From Macrostomum hystrix (Eukaryota > Animalia > Platyhelminthes), in assembly GCA_950097015.1 (NCBI GenBank), contig CATNEN010000024.1, positions 6,572,001-6,636,000 on the forward strand: a stretch of 64,000 nt of DNA. The letters run 5' to 3'. Below are positions 13,601-25,800 of the stretch, piece after piece. Below the pieces are notes generated by a model, which worked only from the letters and a program-made list of their open reading frames with translations, was not told where the DNA came from and did not search any database. Positions within the stretch are counted from its first letter, which is position 1, and the number at the start of each line of letters is the position of its first letter. The position numbers and the translations under genes are program-made.

Positions 13601-16600
13601 CAAGATGTACAGTAGCATTTTGCCTCAATGGCACATAGACTACTTTTAGACGAGAATAAGTCTATAAATAAATCAGCATAGCATGCAGCATATGCAACAC
13701 CCCCACCGATGCTGAAAAACGTCAGTAACCCAAACGATCAGGGGGTCGATGTTGGCGAGAACTCCGCCTCAGTTCTTGCGCCGTTTCCGTAGCTTGATTA
13801 GCCGTGACATCGGTAGTTTTTTCCTCCGAGACGGGTTTTTGATTCTGGTCGGAATCAGATCCGTCAGTCACGTCATGAAGCTTTGGTATAATATCCGATT
13901 GATGTACCAGCCGACCCTTGTCGTCACGAAAGGTATTGGTTCCGACGGAAGTAGTAATCATTGACGGAACCCTCTCTTCCTTGTGTTCCACACGAATGAA
14001 GACTGGTTCGGCTTGTAGTCGAGGTTGAATCCAGTCAGTGCACACTCTTGACAAGCGAGTTCTTGGCAGTTGAAGAAACACCAAACCAGCAGGAATAGAA
14101 CCATTGCATTGCGGTGTAGTATTGTGAAACAGACAGAACGCGATTGCAATTCGCTCTAGTTCAGCCGCGTCAGAAGTAGCGTTTGACTTCTTTAGATGAA
14201 ATTTAAACTCTTCTATTATCCGCTCCACTTGCCCATTCGACTGATGGTGACCTGGAGGAGTCAGAAGGTGCTGAACGAAGTTCTCCTTTAGGAACGTGGC
14301 GAATTCGGCGGACGTGAAATTTGTACCGTGGAGTGAAGCACGTGTCTCTCATAGTGAAGCAATGTTTTGGGCTTAAAATGTGCGGTTAGCGAATTCTGGA
14401 TATCATCGAACGTTACTTCCTCCTTCGTGATGTCTTTTGGCTTTGCAAGCTCTTCTATCAGTGTGAAGGCTGCGTCTCCGCATGTCGCTAGAAGTACTGC
14501 TTTGGAGTGAGCTTGCTTCCCTGAAGCCACCAGGTAAAACTGCAGTCTTTTGAAATACTGCTCGATCTCGGGATAAGAAAGAGGCAGTTCTCCAAGTCTA
14601 AAATCCAACGGCTGAGTCATCACTCCTGCGAACGTAAGGTAGTCAGTACACAGCTTCTTCAGTGAATCCAGTGGTTTTTCCTCGTCGCCATGTTACGTTT
14701 GAGGAACACGAAGGCACTTGGGTTTGTGAATTTCAGAAGAGCGTTATTAGAGCAGCTCCAAGTTGGCATGAGCCTAAAGCTCACTGTTATATTTCTTTAC
14801 CCTTAAGGGGCATTGAAGCTTCTAGCAAACAAGATGTACAGTAGCATTTTGCCTCAATGGCACATAGACTACTTTTAGACGAGAATAAGTCTATAAATAA
14901 ATCAGCATAGCATGCAGCATATGCAACAGATAGGATCTCTAGGTAGCAGAGATGGGATCTCTAGGTAGGGGATGGGATCTCTAGGTAGGGAGATGGGATC
15001 TCTAGATAATGTAGATCTCTAGGTAATTGACATGGGATCTATAGGTAGGAGGAGATAAGATCTCTTGGTTGTGATATCTATCAATATGGGGAGATAGGAC
15101 CCAGCAAGCTTAAAGATAAGATCTAAAAAGCATGTGCCATTTGATCCAATTCAGGTGCTAAACTTTGCCAATCAAGTTCAAAGTTCGTTAAACAGCAGTG
15201 CGGAACTTGATTTGATCTGGTTCAACGTGGAGCGTCTATTTAGCAGCCTGAGCTCATTCATAACGAACTCCAGTTACAATGTCAACAGCACCGTGACGGA
15301 TCCCATCACTAGGCAGTTTGCCACACTGGACGAGGCGGCATCAAACATCGATCTGGTGCGCTACTCCGTGTTCATTGTTATCGCCAGTCTCGGCTCCCTC
15401 GTAGTACTTCTATGGTACTTCGGCGTCGCCTACGGACTGTGCGGCGAGCCGCCGTACGAAGATTCGCGCTGCTGCAACAGGGGAGTCGGCGCCAGACTGC
15501 TCAGCGCCGGCCTGGTGATCGGATTCGTCAGCTACGCGCTGCTGTTCGCCGTCATTCTGGGACTGTTTCTGGCGGGAGGACTCGCTGGTGAGGACTGGGG
15601 TTGTGGACTCAGGTGAGGGCTGTGGACTCAGGTGAGGGCTGTGGACTCAGGTGAGGGCTGTGGACTCAGGTGAGGGCTGTGGACTCAGGTGAGGGCTGTG
15701 GACTCAGGTGAGGGCTGTGGACTCAGGTGAGGGCTGTGGACTCAGGTGAGGGCTGTGGACTCAGGTGAGGGCTGTGGACTCAGGTGAGGGCTGTGGACTC
15801 AGGTGAGGGCTGTGGACTCAGGTGAGGGCTGTGGACTCAGGTGAGGGCTGTGGACTCAGGTGAGGGCTGTGGACTCAGGTGAGGGCTGTGGACTCAGGTG
15901 AGGGCTGTGGACTCAGGTGAGGGCTGTGGACTCAGGTGAGGGCTGTGGACTCAGGTGAGGGCTGTGGACTCAGGTGAGGGCTGTGGACTCAGGTGAGGGC
16001 TGTGGACTCAGGTGAGGGCTGTGGACTCAGGTGAGGGCTGTGGACTCAGGTGAGGGCTGTGGACTCAGGTGAGGGCTGTGGACTCAGGTGAGGGCTGTGG
16101 ACTCAGGTGAGGGCTGTGGACTCAGGTGAGGGCTGTGGACTCAGGTGAGAAGTGAGGATTGTAAATTTACAGGTGAATGAGTGATGGCTGTGGGCTCACA
16201 ATTGAGGGTTAGGGTCTCACTTGCGACAAATGAATGTTTTGAACTCACAGGTGAGGAATGGAGAGAGTTGGGGACTCACAGGTGAATATCATGAGTGGGG
16301 TGAGGGCCTCCATTAGGCAGCACAGGTTAGAGGGGATCGATGACTCTCCGCATCTCACCTGACCCCTCACAGAAACGGAGGTGTGCCGCTACCTGACTGG
16401 GCGCAAAGGTGCCGAGGGCTACAATGAGCTGGACTCCAGCCTAAACCAGATCATGCGCGCCACATCGCCAGACCTGAACAGCTACTCGCTCAATCTCGTC
16501 AGCGGCCTGCTAGACGGTTGCGGCAGCGGCAACGCGTCTGTCACTGCGGCGCTGAACATCCAGAGCCTTGTACAGGGCAGCTACATCCAGACGCGCGTTG

Positions 16601-18268
16601 AGCAGTTTGTTAATGGCACCAGCGACCTGCTGCAGAGACAGCGCACGGATCTCGTGGCCAGAGTAAACATCGGCCTGAACCTCAGTCAGGCCGAGTCCGT
16701 GGCTGCGGCCGCGGCAGCTCAGCCGTTGCTGCCGTTCGTCAACGAGCTGCGCGGACCGCTGATCGACGGCTCAGATCCCGTGTTCGCCGCCATGGAGAAC
16801 ATCTCGCGCACCGCTTCCAAGGTGGAAGACAGAAACAGGTGATGATTGCCTGAGTAGGGAAGATGTTTGAGTACATAGAGCAAGATTTCAGCATTGGGAG
16901 CAAGATTTGAGCAAAGGGAGCAAGTTTTGAGCATTGGGAGCAACATTTGAGTATTGGGAGCAACATTTGAGTATTGGGAGCAACATTTGAGTATTGGGAG
17001 CAACATTTGAGTATTGGGAGCAACATTTGAGTATTAGGAGCCAGATTTGAGCATAGGGAGCAACATTTGAGTATTGGGAGCAACATTTGAGTATTGGGAG
17101 CAACATTTGAGTATTGGGAGCAACATTTGAGTATTGGGAGCATGATTTAAGCATAGAGAGCAAGTTTTGAGCATTGGGAGCAACATTTGAGTATTGGGAG
17201 CAACATTTGAGTATTGGGAGCAAGATTTGAGCATAGGGAGCAACATTTGAGTATTGGGAGCAACATTTGAGTATTGGGAGCAAGATTTGAGCATAGTGAG
17301 CCAGATTTGAGGATAGTGAGCCATATTTGAGGATAGTGAGCCAGATTTGAGGATAGTGAACCAGATTTAAGGATAGTGAGCCAGATTTGAGGATAGTGAG
17401 CCAGATTTGAGTATAGTGAGCCAGATTTGAGTATAGTGAGCCAGATTTGAGGATAGTGAGCCAGATTTGAGCATAGTGAGCCAGATTTGAGCATAGTGAG
17501 CCGGATTTGAGGATAGTGAGCTAGATTTGAGCATTGCGAGCAAGAATTGAGCACACGAAACTAGATTTTAAGACGGAAGGCAAGATTTGAGCACGGAGAG
17601 AAGTATTTGAGCACAGGAAGCAAGATTTTGAACACGTAGCACTGCTGACTATTTAAGAAAATATTTAATTAGTTGTTATGTCACCTGTTCGCAGATTCAT
17701 GGCCCTTGTTGCCTACCTGAGCTCTGTCGTGCGCCAAGCAGAAACTGTGCAGCAATCCCAATTGATGAGCCTCGAGGGGCTCAGTACTTCGCTGCGCCAG
17801 TTGAACTCTACAGTGTCTGGCATCACGCGGCGACTATTTGACTCTGAGGTTGCGCTTCACACACCCTTCAACCTGGAGATGTCAATCAACGTCGCGATGG
17901 CTAATTTAACAGCTCAATTGCGGTTAAAAGTCCGAGTAAGTAGCGCTTTGCTAAACTTATTATATTTTATCTTTCAAAATATAGCAGGCTACTTACAGTA
18001 GTGCAGTGCGAATAATTATTTGCTACATTTATCAAAGGACACCGTCCAACTGGTGGTTGGAGCAGCGGCTGACTGTGTCGGCCTGAATCAGAAGGTCAAA
18101 AGTTTGGTACGTGGGCCCTGCATCAACTTTCTGAGACCGCTCAACGGCTTCTGGGCTGGCATGGGTCTGTGCCTCATCTGCCTACTGCCCAGCCTCATCC
18201 TGGCCTTCAAGCTGGCCAACCTGTACCGAAAACGGCACCGCTATCAGCCCGAGTATGCCGACAAGTGA
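4672..18268 (+). CDS. PROM1: Prominin-family five-TM glycoprotein. Exons approx. 4672-4855, 5253-5302, 7956-8176, 12539-13166, 15155-15587, 16373-16838, 17695-17935, ~18002-18264/18268; 3' end uncertain
   Basis: Signal peptide; Cys-rich CCCRCCCHRCGG after TM1; AFISNQ; YEDSRCCNRGVGARLLSAG; GGLA-ETEVCRY; C..RPLNGFWAGMG..LLPSLILAFKLANLYRK. GT-AG junctions give consistent phases for all but the last junction. Family-level call. Confidence 0.88.
5631..7896. repeat. Minisatellite, 19 bp CATCCATCACCTGTCTCAT, ~119 copies, prominin intron 2
   Basis: Direct reading; explains the His/Ser/Pro ORFs 5549-7962. Confidence 0.97.
8322..11554. repeat. Minisatellite, 21 bp GGTCAGACTGAGATTTCA(A/G)TT, ~154 copies, prominin intron 3
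   Basis: Direct reading; source of the 1195-aa and 1060-aa repeat ORFs. Confidence 0.97.
11871..12458. repeat. Minisatellite, 21 bp GCTAGATGCTGGAGGTTGCAT, ~28 copies; second array in prominin intron 3
   Basis: Direct reading. Confidence 0.96.
13722..14337 (-). pseudogene. Integrase C-terminal remnant of the LTR element
   Basis: Reading upstream of the listed ORF gives GTNFTSAEFATFLKENFVQHLLTPPGHHQSNGQVERII..HNTTP..P..L..LPRTRL..LRRSSRQHRPPDRLGY, a Gypsy integrase core end and tail; first two catalytic Asp residues missing. Confidence 0.85.
14338..14623 (-). pseudogene. Gag N-terminal remnant of the LTR element
   Basis: QYFKRLQFYLVAS..KAVLLATCGDAAFTLIEELAKP..TFDDIQNSLTAHFKPK..YERH resembles the Mag-type gag N-terminus; fused out of frame to integrase near 14338. 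Confidence 0.8.
15603..16148. repeat. Minisatellite, 19 bp GTGGACTCAGGTGAGGGCT, 29 essentially perfect copies, prominin intron 5
   Basis: GT of CAG|GTGAG at 15613 then every 19 bp to 16145; degenerate copies continue to ~16330. Confidence 0.97.
16872..17640. repeat. Minisatellite, 20 bp GAGCAACATTTGAGTATTGG grading to GAGCCAGATTTGAGGATAGT, ~38 copies, prominin intron 6
   Basis: Direct reading. Confidence 0.95.
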
Positions 18269-18285
18269 GACCAAGATTTCTTCGC

Positions 18286-19095
18286 TTTCTAGTGGGTCAT
18301 AGAGCTCTGTTTCTAGTGGGTCATAGAGCTCTGTTTTTAGTGGGTCATAGAGCTCTGTTTCTAGTGGGTCATAGATCTCTGTTTCTAGTGGGTCATAGAG
18401 CTCTGTTTTAGTGGGTCATAGAGCTCTGTTTCTAGTGGGTCATAGAGCTCTGTTTCTAGTGGGTCATAGAGCTCTGTTTCTAGTGGGTCATAGAGTTCTG
18501 TTTCTAGTGGGTCATAGAGCTCTGTTTCTAGTGGGTCATAGAGCTCTGTTTCTAGTGGGTCATAGAGCTCTGTTTCTAGTGGGTCATAGAGCTTTGTTTC
18601 TAGTGGGTCATAGAGCTCTGTTTCTAGTGGGTCATAGAGTTCTGTTTCTAGTGGGTCATAGAGTTCTGTTTCTAGCGGGTCATAGAGCTCTGTTTCTAGC
18701 GGGTCATAGAGCTTTGTTTCTAGTGGGTCATAGAGCTCTGTTTCTAGTGGGTCATAGAGTTCTGTTTCTAGTGGGTCATAGAGCTCTGTTTCTAGTGGGT
18801 CATAGAGCTTTGTTTCTAGTGGGTCATAGAGCTCTGTTTCTAGTGGGTCATAGAGCTCTGTTTCTAGTGGGTCATAGAGCTCTGTTTCTAGTGGGTCACG
18901 GAGGTCTGCTTTTAGTGGGTCATAGAGCTCTGTTTCTAGTGGGTCATAGAGTTCTGCTTTTAGTGGGTCATAGAGCTCTGTTTCTAGCGGGTCATAGAGT
19001 TCTAATTCTTCTTGGTGATAGAGTCCTGTTTCTACTGGGTCATGCAGGTCTGCTTTTAGTGGGTGATGGAGGTCAGTTTTTTGGTCATAGAGTTC
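18286..19095. repeat. Minisatellite, 24 bp CTAGTGGGTCATAGAGCTCTGTTT, ~33 copies, immediately after the last traced prominin exon
   Basis: Direct reading. Confidence 0.96.
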
Positions 19096-19465
19096 AGATT
19101 CTTCTTAGTAATTTAGCTTGTTTGATTCAAGTACGAGCCCGTACCACTAGTAGCTTTAGTTGTCCTTAGTTTGATATTTGTTAATTCTGCTTTTAAATTG
19201 CTTTTTTTAGTAATTTGCCTTAAATAACCTCGCAACGTTACCTCGGTATTTTCAGCGACTATAAAAATCCAACTTATCAGCAGTTCTATCGAATTTCTAC
19301 AATCAGCCAGATAAAACCGCAAAGTGGTCTGTCTACAATAGTGCATGATGATTTATTTAGACATCAAGACAAAGTTTCAATATTTCAGGATATTCAATCA
19401 TTTTGAGCTGGGCATTCTCAGTCAATAGCAATTGTAGAATCTGCATGCACAAATTTCATGCTGTA

Positions 19466-20850
19466 GGGGAACTACTTCCCTCAGGCCTTCAGCAGGTTGA
19501 GAGCTACTCCCCTCAGGCCATCAGCAGGTTGGGAACTACTCCCCTCAGGCCTTCAGCAGGTTGGGAACTACTCCCCTCAGGCCTTCAGCAGGTTGGGAAC
19601 TACTCCCCTCAGGCCTTCAGCAGGTTGGGAACTACTCCCCTCAGGCCTTCAGCAGGTTGAGAGCTACTCCCCTCAGGCCTTCAGCAGGTTGGGAACTACT
19701 CCCCTCAGGCCTTCAGCAGGTTGGGAACTACTCCCCTCAGGCCTTCAGCGGGTTGGGAACTACTCCCCTCAGGCCTTCAGCAGGCTGGGAACTGCTCCCC
19801 TCAGGCCTTCAGCAGGTTGGGAACTGATTCCCTCAGGCCTTCAGCGGGTTGGGAACTGCTCGCCTCAGGCCTTCAGCAGGTTGGGAACTACTCCCTTCAG
19901 GCCTTCAGCAGGTTGGGAACTGATTCCCTCAGGCCTTCAGCGGGTTGGGAACTGCTCCCCTCAGGCCTTCAGCAGGTTGGGAACTACTCCTCTCAGGCCT
20001 TCAGCAGGTTGGGAACTACTCCCCTCAGGCCTTCAGCAGGTTGGGAACTACTCCCCTCAGGCCTTCAGCAGGTTGGGAACTACTCCCCTCAGGCCTTCAG
20101 CAGGTTGGGAACTACTCCCCTCAGGCCTTCAGCAGGTTGGGAACTACTCCCCTCAGGCCTTCAGCGGGTTGGGAACTGCTCCCCTCAGGCCTTCAGCAGG
20201 TTGGGAACTACTCCTCTCAGGCCTTCAGCGGGTTGGGAACTACTCCCCTCAGGCCTTCAGCAGGCTGGGAACTGCTCCCCTCAGGCCTTCAGCAGGTTGG
20301 GAACTACTCCCCTCAGGCCTTCAGCAGGTTGGGAACTACTCCCCTCAGGCCTTCAGCAGGTTGGGAACTGCTCCCCTCAGGCCTTCAGCGGGTTGGGAAC
20401 TACTCCCCTCAGGCCTTCAGCAGGTTGGGAACTACTCCCCTCAGGCCTTCAGCAGGTTGGGAACTACTCCCCTCAGGCCTTCAGCAGGTTGGGAACTACT
20501 CCCCTCAGGCCTTCAGCGGGTTGGGAACTGCTCCCCTCAGGCCTTCAGCAGGTTGGGAACTGATTCCCTCAGGCCTTCAGCAGGTTGAGAGCTACTCCCC
20601 TCAGGCCTTCAGCAGGTTGGGAACTACTCCCCTCAGGCCTTCAGCAGGTTGGGAACTACTCCCCTCAGGCCTTCAGCAGGTTGGGAACTACTCCCCTCAG
20701 GCCTTCAGCAGGTTGGGAACTACTCCCCTCAGGCCTTCAGCAGGTTGGGAACTACTCCCTTCAGGCCTTCAGCAGGTTGGGAACTGATTCCCTCAGGCCT
20801 TCAGCGGGTTGGGAACTGCTCGCCTCAGGCCTTCAGCAGGTTGAGAGCTA
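19466..20850. repeat. Minisatellite, 32 bp GGGAACTACTCCCCTCAGGCCTTCAGCAGGTT, ~43 copies
   Basis: Direct reading; host context (prominin 3' intron/UTR or intergenic) unresolved. Confidence 0.96.
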
Positions 20851-22830
20851 CTCAGCTCAGGTGTTTTCCAGCTTGGCCGCTACCCACCCTGTACTTTAAA
20901 CGCTAGCTGCTGTCACATTGCTTGTTTTTGTTGACGCCTGTTCACACAAGCGTTTGTTGCAGCAAAAAGAAAAGCAGAAATGTCAGACAATCAATACGGC
21001 CCCTCCATTTCAGAATACAGACGCTATTGAGCCTATACAGCCGCAGACTGAACGATCCTTCTTTATTAAATACTTCAACAGTTTGAAGCTGAGCTTACGA
21101 ACACGAAACGCCTCCTGGTTAGTTAGTTAGCAACAAAAACTAACGCGATTGGTGTGTTAGATGCATTCCCAATATCCAGCCTTTTTAACAATTGCTTGAA
21201 AAACGCTTTAAATTTCAAGCCCTAACTATTGTACAGGAGCACTGATTGTGCGCATTGCATAGAATTATTTCACACCAAAGCCAATTAAATTCTGTCCGGG
21301 GCCCGAACAAACCACCCCGCGCCTTTCTTTCTGCCCACCCACCTCACTCCGCGCTCTCCGCTCTGATTGGCCAATACCATTGAATACTGCGCCTGATCTA
21401 AATTAAAATTATCTTGATAAGTTCATTAACAAGCCGTATCGAATTATGTAAACCGCGATAGCTAATTAAACTTGTTAATCCACTCCCTCTTCTCGTTTCA
21501 GTAAAATAAACCTGGAGTATCGGTTTTGAGTCATCACGAAGATTTGCTTGCATGGTTCGATTATTATATATTCTTGTACTGCTGCTTATACCGTTGCACT
21601 CAGAATGCTCATTATATTCTCGTCAGTAAATTATTTTTCTCTGACAGACAAATTCACCCTCGTGTCGTTTGCTACACTAGACAATTCCATCTGATTGAAG
21701 ACGAATTTTGAAGTGCCAAAGATCCTGAGTTCGAATCCTCTATTGAGGACAATTGCTATTAGAAAGAAGCTGTTTGTTAGCCAACCTGTTGTATTTCATC
21801 TATGAGTTTGCTACACTTGCATCATAGACTCGCAGAGGAGGGCCTATTGTGTTACTGTTACTGTTTTGTTCTCTTTTTGTTTGGGCCATCATTAAAGTGA
21901 GAGCCCATTAAAATGCTTTTCACTTTGATGATTCGCGCGTACTTGACTGTTTTATTGTTGTACTTCTTTAAAGTCATTAAACAAATCGCATCTTGAGCTG
22001 TTCTTTCCTAGGTAATTAGTTAATCAGTTATTCTATTACGATGGATTTATTATTACAGATTATCATTTTGTGTTACACATATTATCCCGATACATTACTA
22101 TAAAAATGTGCATACAAAGTACACATTGAATATTAATAATAATTTCTGGCAATAAGATAAATAAAGCATCGATCGTAGATTTTGAATCTACAAATTTTAA
22201 GACGTTGAAATAGTATTTTCGACCGTTTTTAGTTAGATTTATTTAATGAGTTTAATCTCTCCGTATTTATAGATTACTGCAGATCAATTAGACAGACATA
22301 GTTATGATATATTTGTTAATTTCAGTCACATAAAGCTGTTGTGCACTTTTAGCACGATGCGCAAAAGGAATACACATTTTACAGGAGCTATTAAATATGT
22401 AAGAAATTACACGAACTCGTAAAAAATAACAAATGAGTAAAAACAGCAGCGGCGAATGACGAAAACTTGGTCAATGATTCTTTATCTTACCCTTTATATT
22501 AGTTTACTTGGTAGTTTTCTGTAAGTTCCGATTGTTTTAAGTCATAATAAGTTTATTTCAGGTGGTGCAGCACACTAAAATAGCATTTATATCTTTGAAA
22601 ATTTGAAGAAAAAAAATATTTTTTTTAACAATTAACAATTGTTAATTAACAATTGTTAAAATTACTTACTCGTAATTTTTATTAAGTAATTATTAAATAA
22701 ATAAAATATAAATACTTATCATTATAAGTAGTTAAGTAGTACGTATTTATTTGAATCTTATTGATATTCTGATCAAGCGAAAAGAACTTAATGATGCATT
22801 ATCTATCTTTAGCACTGGGATTACTAGTAG

Positions 22831-25800
22831 TTAAAAGCGCAAATTATTTACCAAGGTCAAAAAAATACAGCTGACAGACACGACGGCGGCGGAAGTTGAA
22901 GTGGATTTTAGTTGGCTGGCTACACTGGTGCATTGGGTCGAGTTGTCCTAAAATTAGGCAAATAAATTTGTGTTATAATCTGGTGAAAAGAAGATGGCAG
23001 ATTAAAACAAGATGCCAGGTGTACAGGAGATGGCAGATGAAAACAAGATACCAGGTGTACAGAAGCTGGCAAATGTACAGAAGATAACAGGTGTTCAGAA
23101 GCTGGCAGGTGTTCAGAAGCTGGCAGGTGTTCAGAAGCTGGCAGGTGTACAGAAGATGGCAGGTGTACAGAAAATGACAGGTGTACAGAAGCTGGCAAAT
23201 GTACAGAAGATAACAGGTGTTCAGAAGCTGGCAGGTGTACAGAAGATGGCAGGTGTACAGAAAATGACAGGTGTACAGAAGCTGGCAGGTGTACAGCAGA
23301 TGGCAGGTGTTCAGAAGATAACAGGTGTACAGAAGCTGGCAGGTGTTCAGAAGCTGGCAGGTGTACAGAAGATGGCAGGTGTACAGAAGATGGCAGGTGT
23401 ACAGAAAATGACAGGTGTACAGAAGCTGGCAGGTGTACAGAAGATGGCAGGTGTACAGAAAATAACAGGTGTACAGAAAATAACAGGTGTACAGAAAATA
23501 ACAGGTGTACAGAAGATGGCAGGTGGCGGAAATTCAGTGAGCAGCCTTCAGCAGTGTTTGCTCACCGTAAGCCTGATGCCGCTGCGAGTCCAGTGAGGCT
23601 TGGATCGCGGCCGCTGATTCAGGGTATAGTTGTCGGGGCTAGGCAGATCCCTGGCCCCGGTTAGGGGGCTGCAGCCCTGGCAGCCGCAGCCGGTGTCCTG
23701 CACAACGGCCACGAAGATCAGGTTGGACTTCGCCACGGGGCGCACGTAGATGTCGCTGCGAATCGGTTAAATAAATGAGAACCAGCACTCATGCAGTACT
23801 CATCCTAAGAGATTAACTGAAATCATCCAAGTAGTTGATACCTGGGACAGGTGGCTGTAGTCCCTGAAGAGAAATCCTGCCAGCAGCTGACGTTGGCAAT
23901 CGGTTCAAGACGGGCAGAGATTGCGGTGGCATTCGCCTGAAGAAGCGAGTATAACTGGCAGCCGATTGTGGCGCGGTTGGCGTACACCATCGTGACGGCC
24001 AGGCTTCTGTTCGTCCCTGAAATGCATTATTGATGGTTGCTTTTCAACTGTCTACTGTATACTAGTGAGCGCTTTTTTGAGGCTCCCGACGAACATGCAT
24101 GGGTTCTTCTATGCACCTATCTAATTTTGAGGATCTAAAGAAGTGTCAGAGACCAACAGAGGCTCTCAAGACAGCCTCAGTGTCCTCCTGAGGCTCTCAA
24201 GACACTTCAGTTTTAATCAGAGGCTCTCAAGACATTTCAATGTCTACCAGAGGCTCTCAAGACATCTCAGTGACCTCCTGAGGCTCTTAAGACGCTTCAG
24301 CTTCAATAAAAGGCTCTCAAGACACTTCAGCTTCAATAAAAGGCTCTCAATACATTTCACCTTCAATAAAAGGCTCTCAAGACACTTCACCTTCAATTAA
24401 AGGCTCTCAAGACACTTCAGCTTCAATAAAAGGCTCTCGAGACACTTCAGCTTCAATAAAAGGCTCTCAAGACACTTCAGCTTCAATTAAAGGCTCTCAA
24501 GACACTTCAGCTTCAATAAAAGGCTCTCAAGACACTTCAGCTTCAATAAAATGCTCTCAAGACACTTCAGCTTCAATAAAATGCTCTCAAGACACTTCAG
24601 CTTCAATAAAAGGCTCTCAAGACACTTCAGCTTCAATAAAATGCTCTCAAGACACTTCAGCTTCAATAAAAGGCTCTCAAAACACTTCAGCTTCAATAAG
24701 AGGCTCTCAAGACACTTCAGCTTCAATAAGAGGCTCTCGAGACACTTCACCTTCAATAAAAGGCTCTCAAGACACTTCAGCTTCAATAAAAGGCTCTCAA
24801 GACACTTCAGCTTCAATAAGAGACTCTCGAGACACTTCAGCTTCAATAAAAGGCTCTCAAGACACTTCAGCTTCAATAAAAGGCTCTCAATACATTTCAC
24901 CTTCAATAAAAGGCTCTCAAGACACTTCACCTTCAATTAAAGGCTCTCAAGACACTTCAGCTTCAATAAAAGGCTCTCAAGACACTTCAGCTTCAATAAA
25001 ATGCTCTCAAGACACTTCAGCTTCAATTAAAGGCTCTCAAGACACTTCAGCTTCAATAAAATGCTCTCAAGACACTTCAGCTTCAATAAAATGCTCTCAA
25101 GACACTTCAGCTTCAATAAAATGCTCTCAAGACACTTCAGCTTCAATAAAAGGCTCTCAAGACACTTCAGCTTCAATAAAATGCTCTCAAGACACTTCAG
25201 CTTCAATAAAAGGCTCTCAAGACACTTCAGCTTCAATAAGAGGCTCTCAAGACACTTCAGCTTCAATAAGAGGCTCTCGAGACACTTCAGCTTCAATAAA
25301 AGGCTCTCAAGACACTTCACCTTCAATAAAAGGCTCTCAAGACACTTCAGCTTCAATAAAAGGCTCTCAAGACACTTCAGCTTCAATAAGAGGCTCTCGA
25401 GACACTTCAGCTTCAATAAAAGGCTCTCAAGACACTTCAGCTTCAATAAAAGGCTCTCAATACATTTCACCTTCAATAAGAGGCTCTCAAGACACTTCAC
25501 CTTCAATAAAAGGCTCTCAAGACACTTCAGCTTCAATAAGAGGCTCTCGAGACACTTCAGCTTCAATAAAAGGCTCTCAAGACACTTCAGCTTCAATAAG
25601 AGGCTCTCGAGACACTTCAGCTTCAATAAGAGGCTCTCAAGACACTTCAGCTTCAATAAGAGGCTCTCGAGACACTTCAGCTTCAATAAAAGGCTCTCAA
25701 GACACTTCACCTTCAATAAAAGGCTCTCAAGACACTTCAGCTTCAATAAGAGGCTCTCGAGACACTTCAGCTTCAATAAAAGGCTCTCAAGACACTTCAG

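Larger units (their letters stand above)
13462..14928 (-). mobile_element. Internally deleted Ty3/Gypsy (Mag-like) LTR retrotransposon, 1467 bp
   Basis: Two 238-bp LTRs (13462-13699, 14691-14928), TG...CA, identical by eye. 5-bp TSD GATAG (13457-13461, 14929-14933). PBS TGGCGACGAGGA (14679-14690, minus). Short purine tract GGTGGGGG (13700-13707, minus). Gag and integrase remnants inside. Confidence 0.95.
13196..15075. repeat. Degenerate ~22 bp minisatellite GGGATCTCTAGGTAATAGAGAT, split by an LTR element, prominin intron 4
   Basis: Units at 13196-13461 resume at 14929-15075. Confidence 0.9.

Noticed and set aside
21690-21760. GAGTTCGAATCC B-box as a tRNA gene
   Set aside because: No A-box or cloverleaf could be built; at most a SINE fragment
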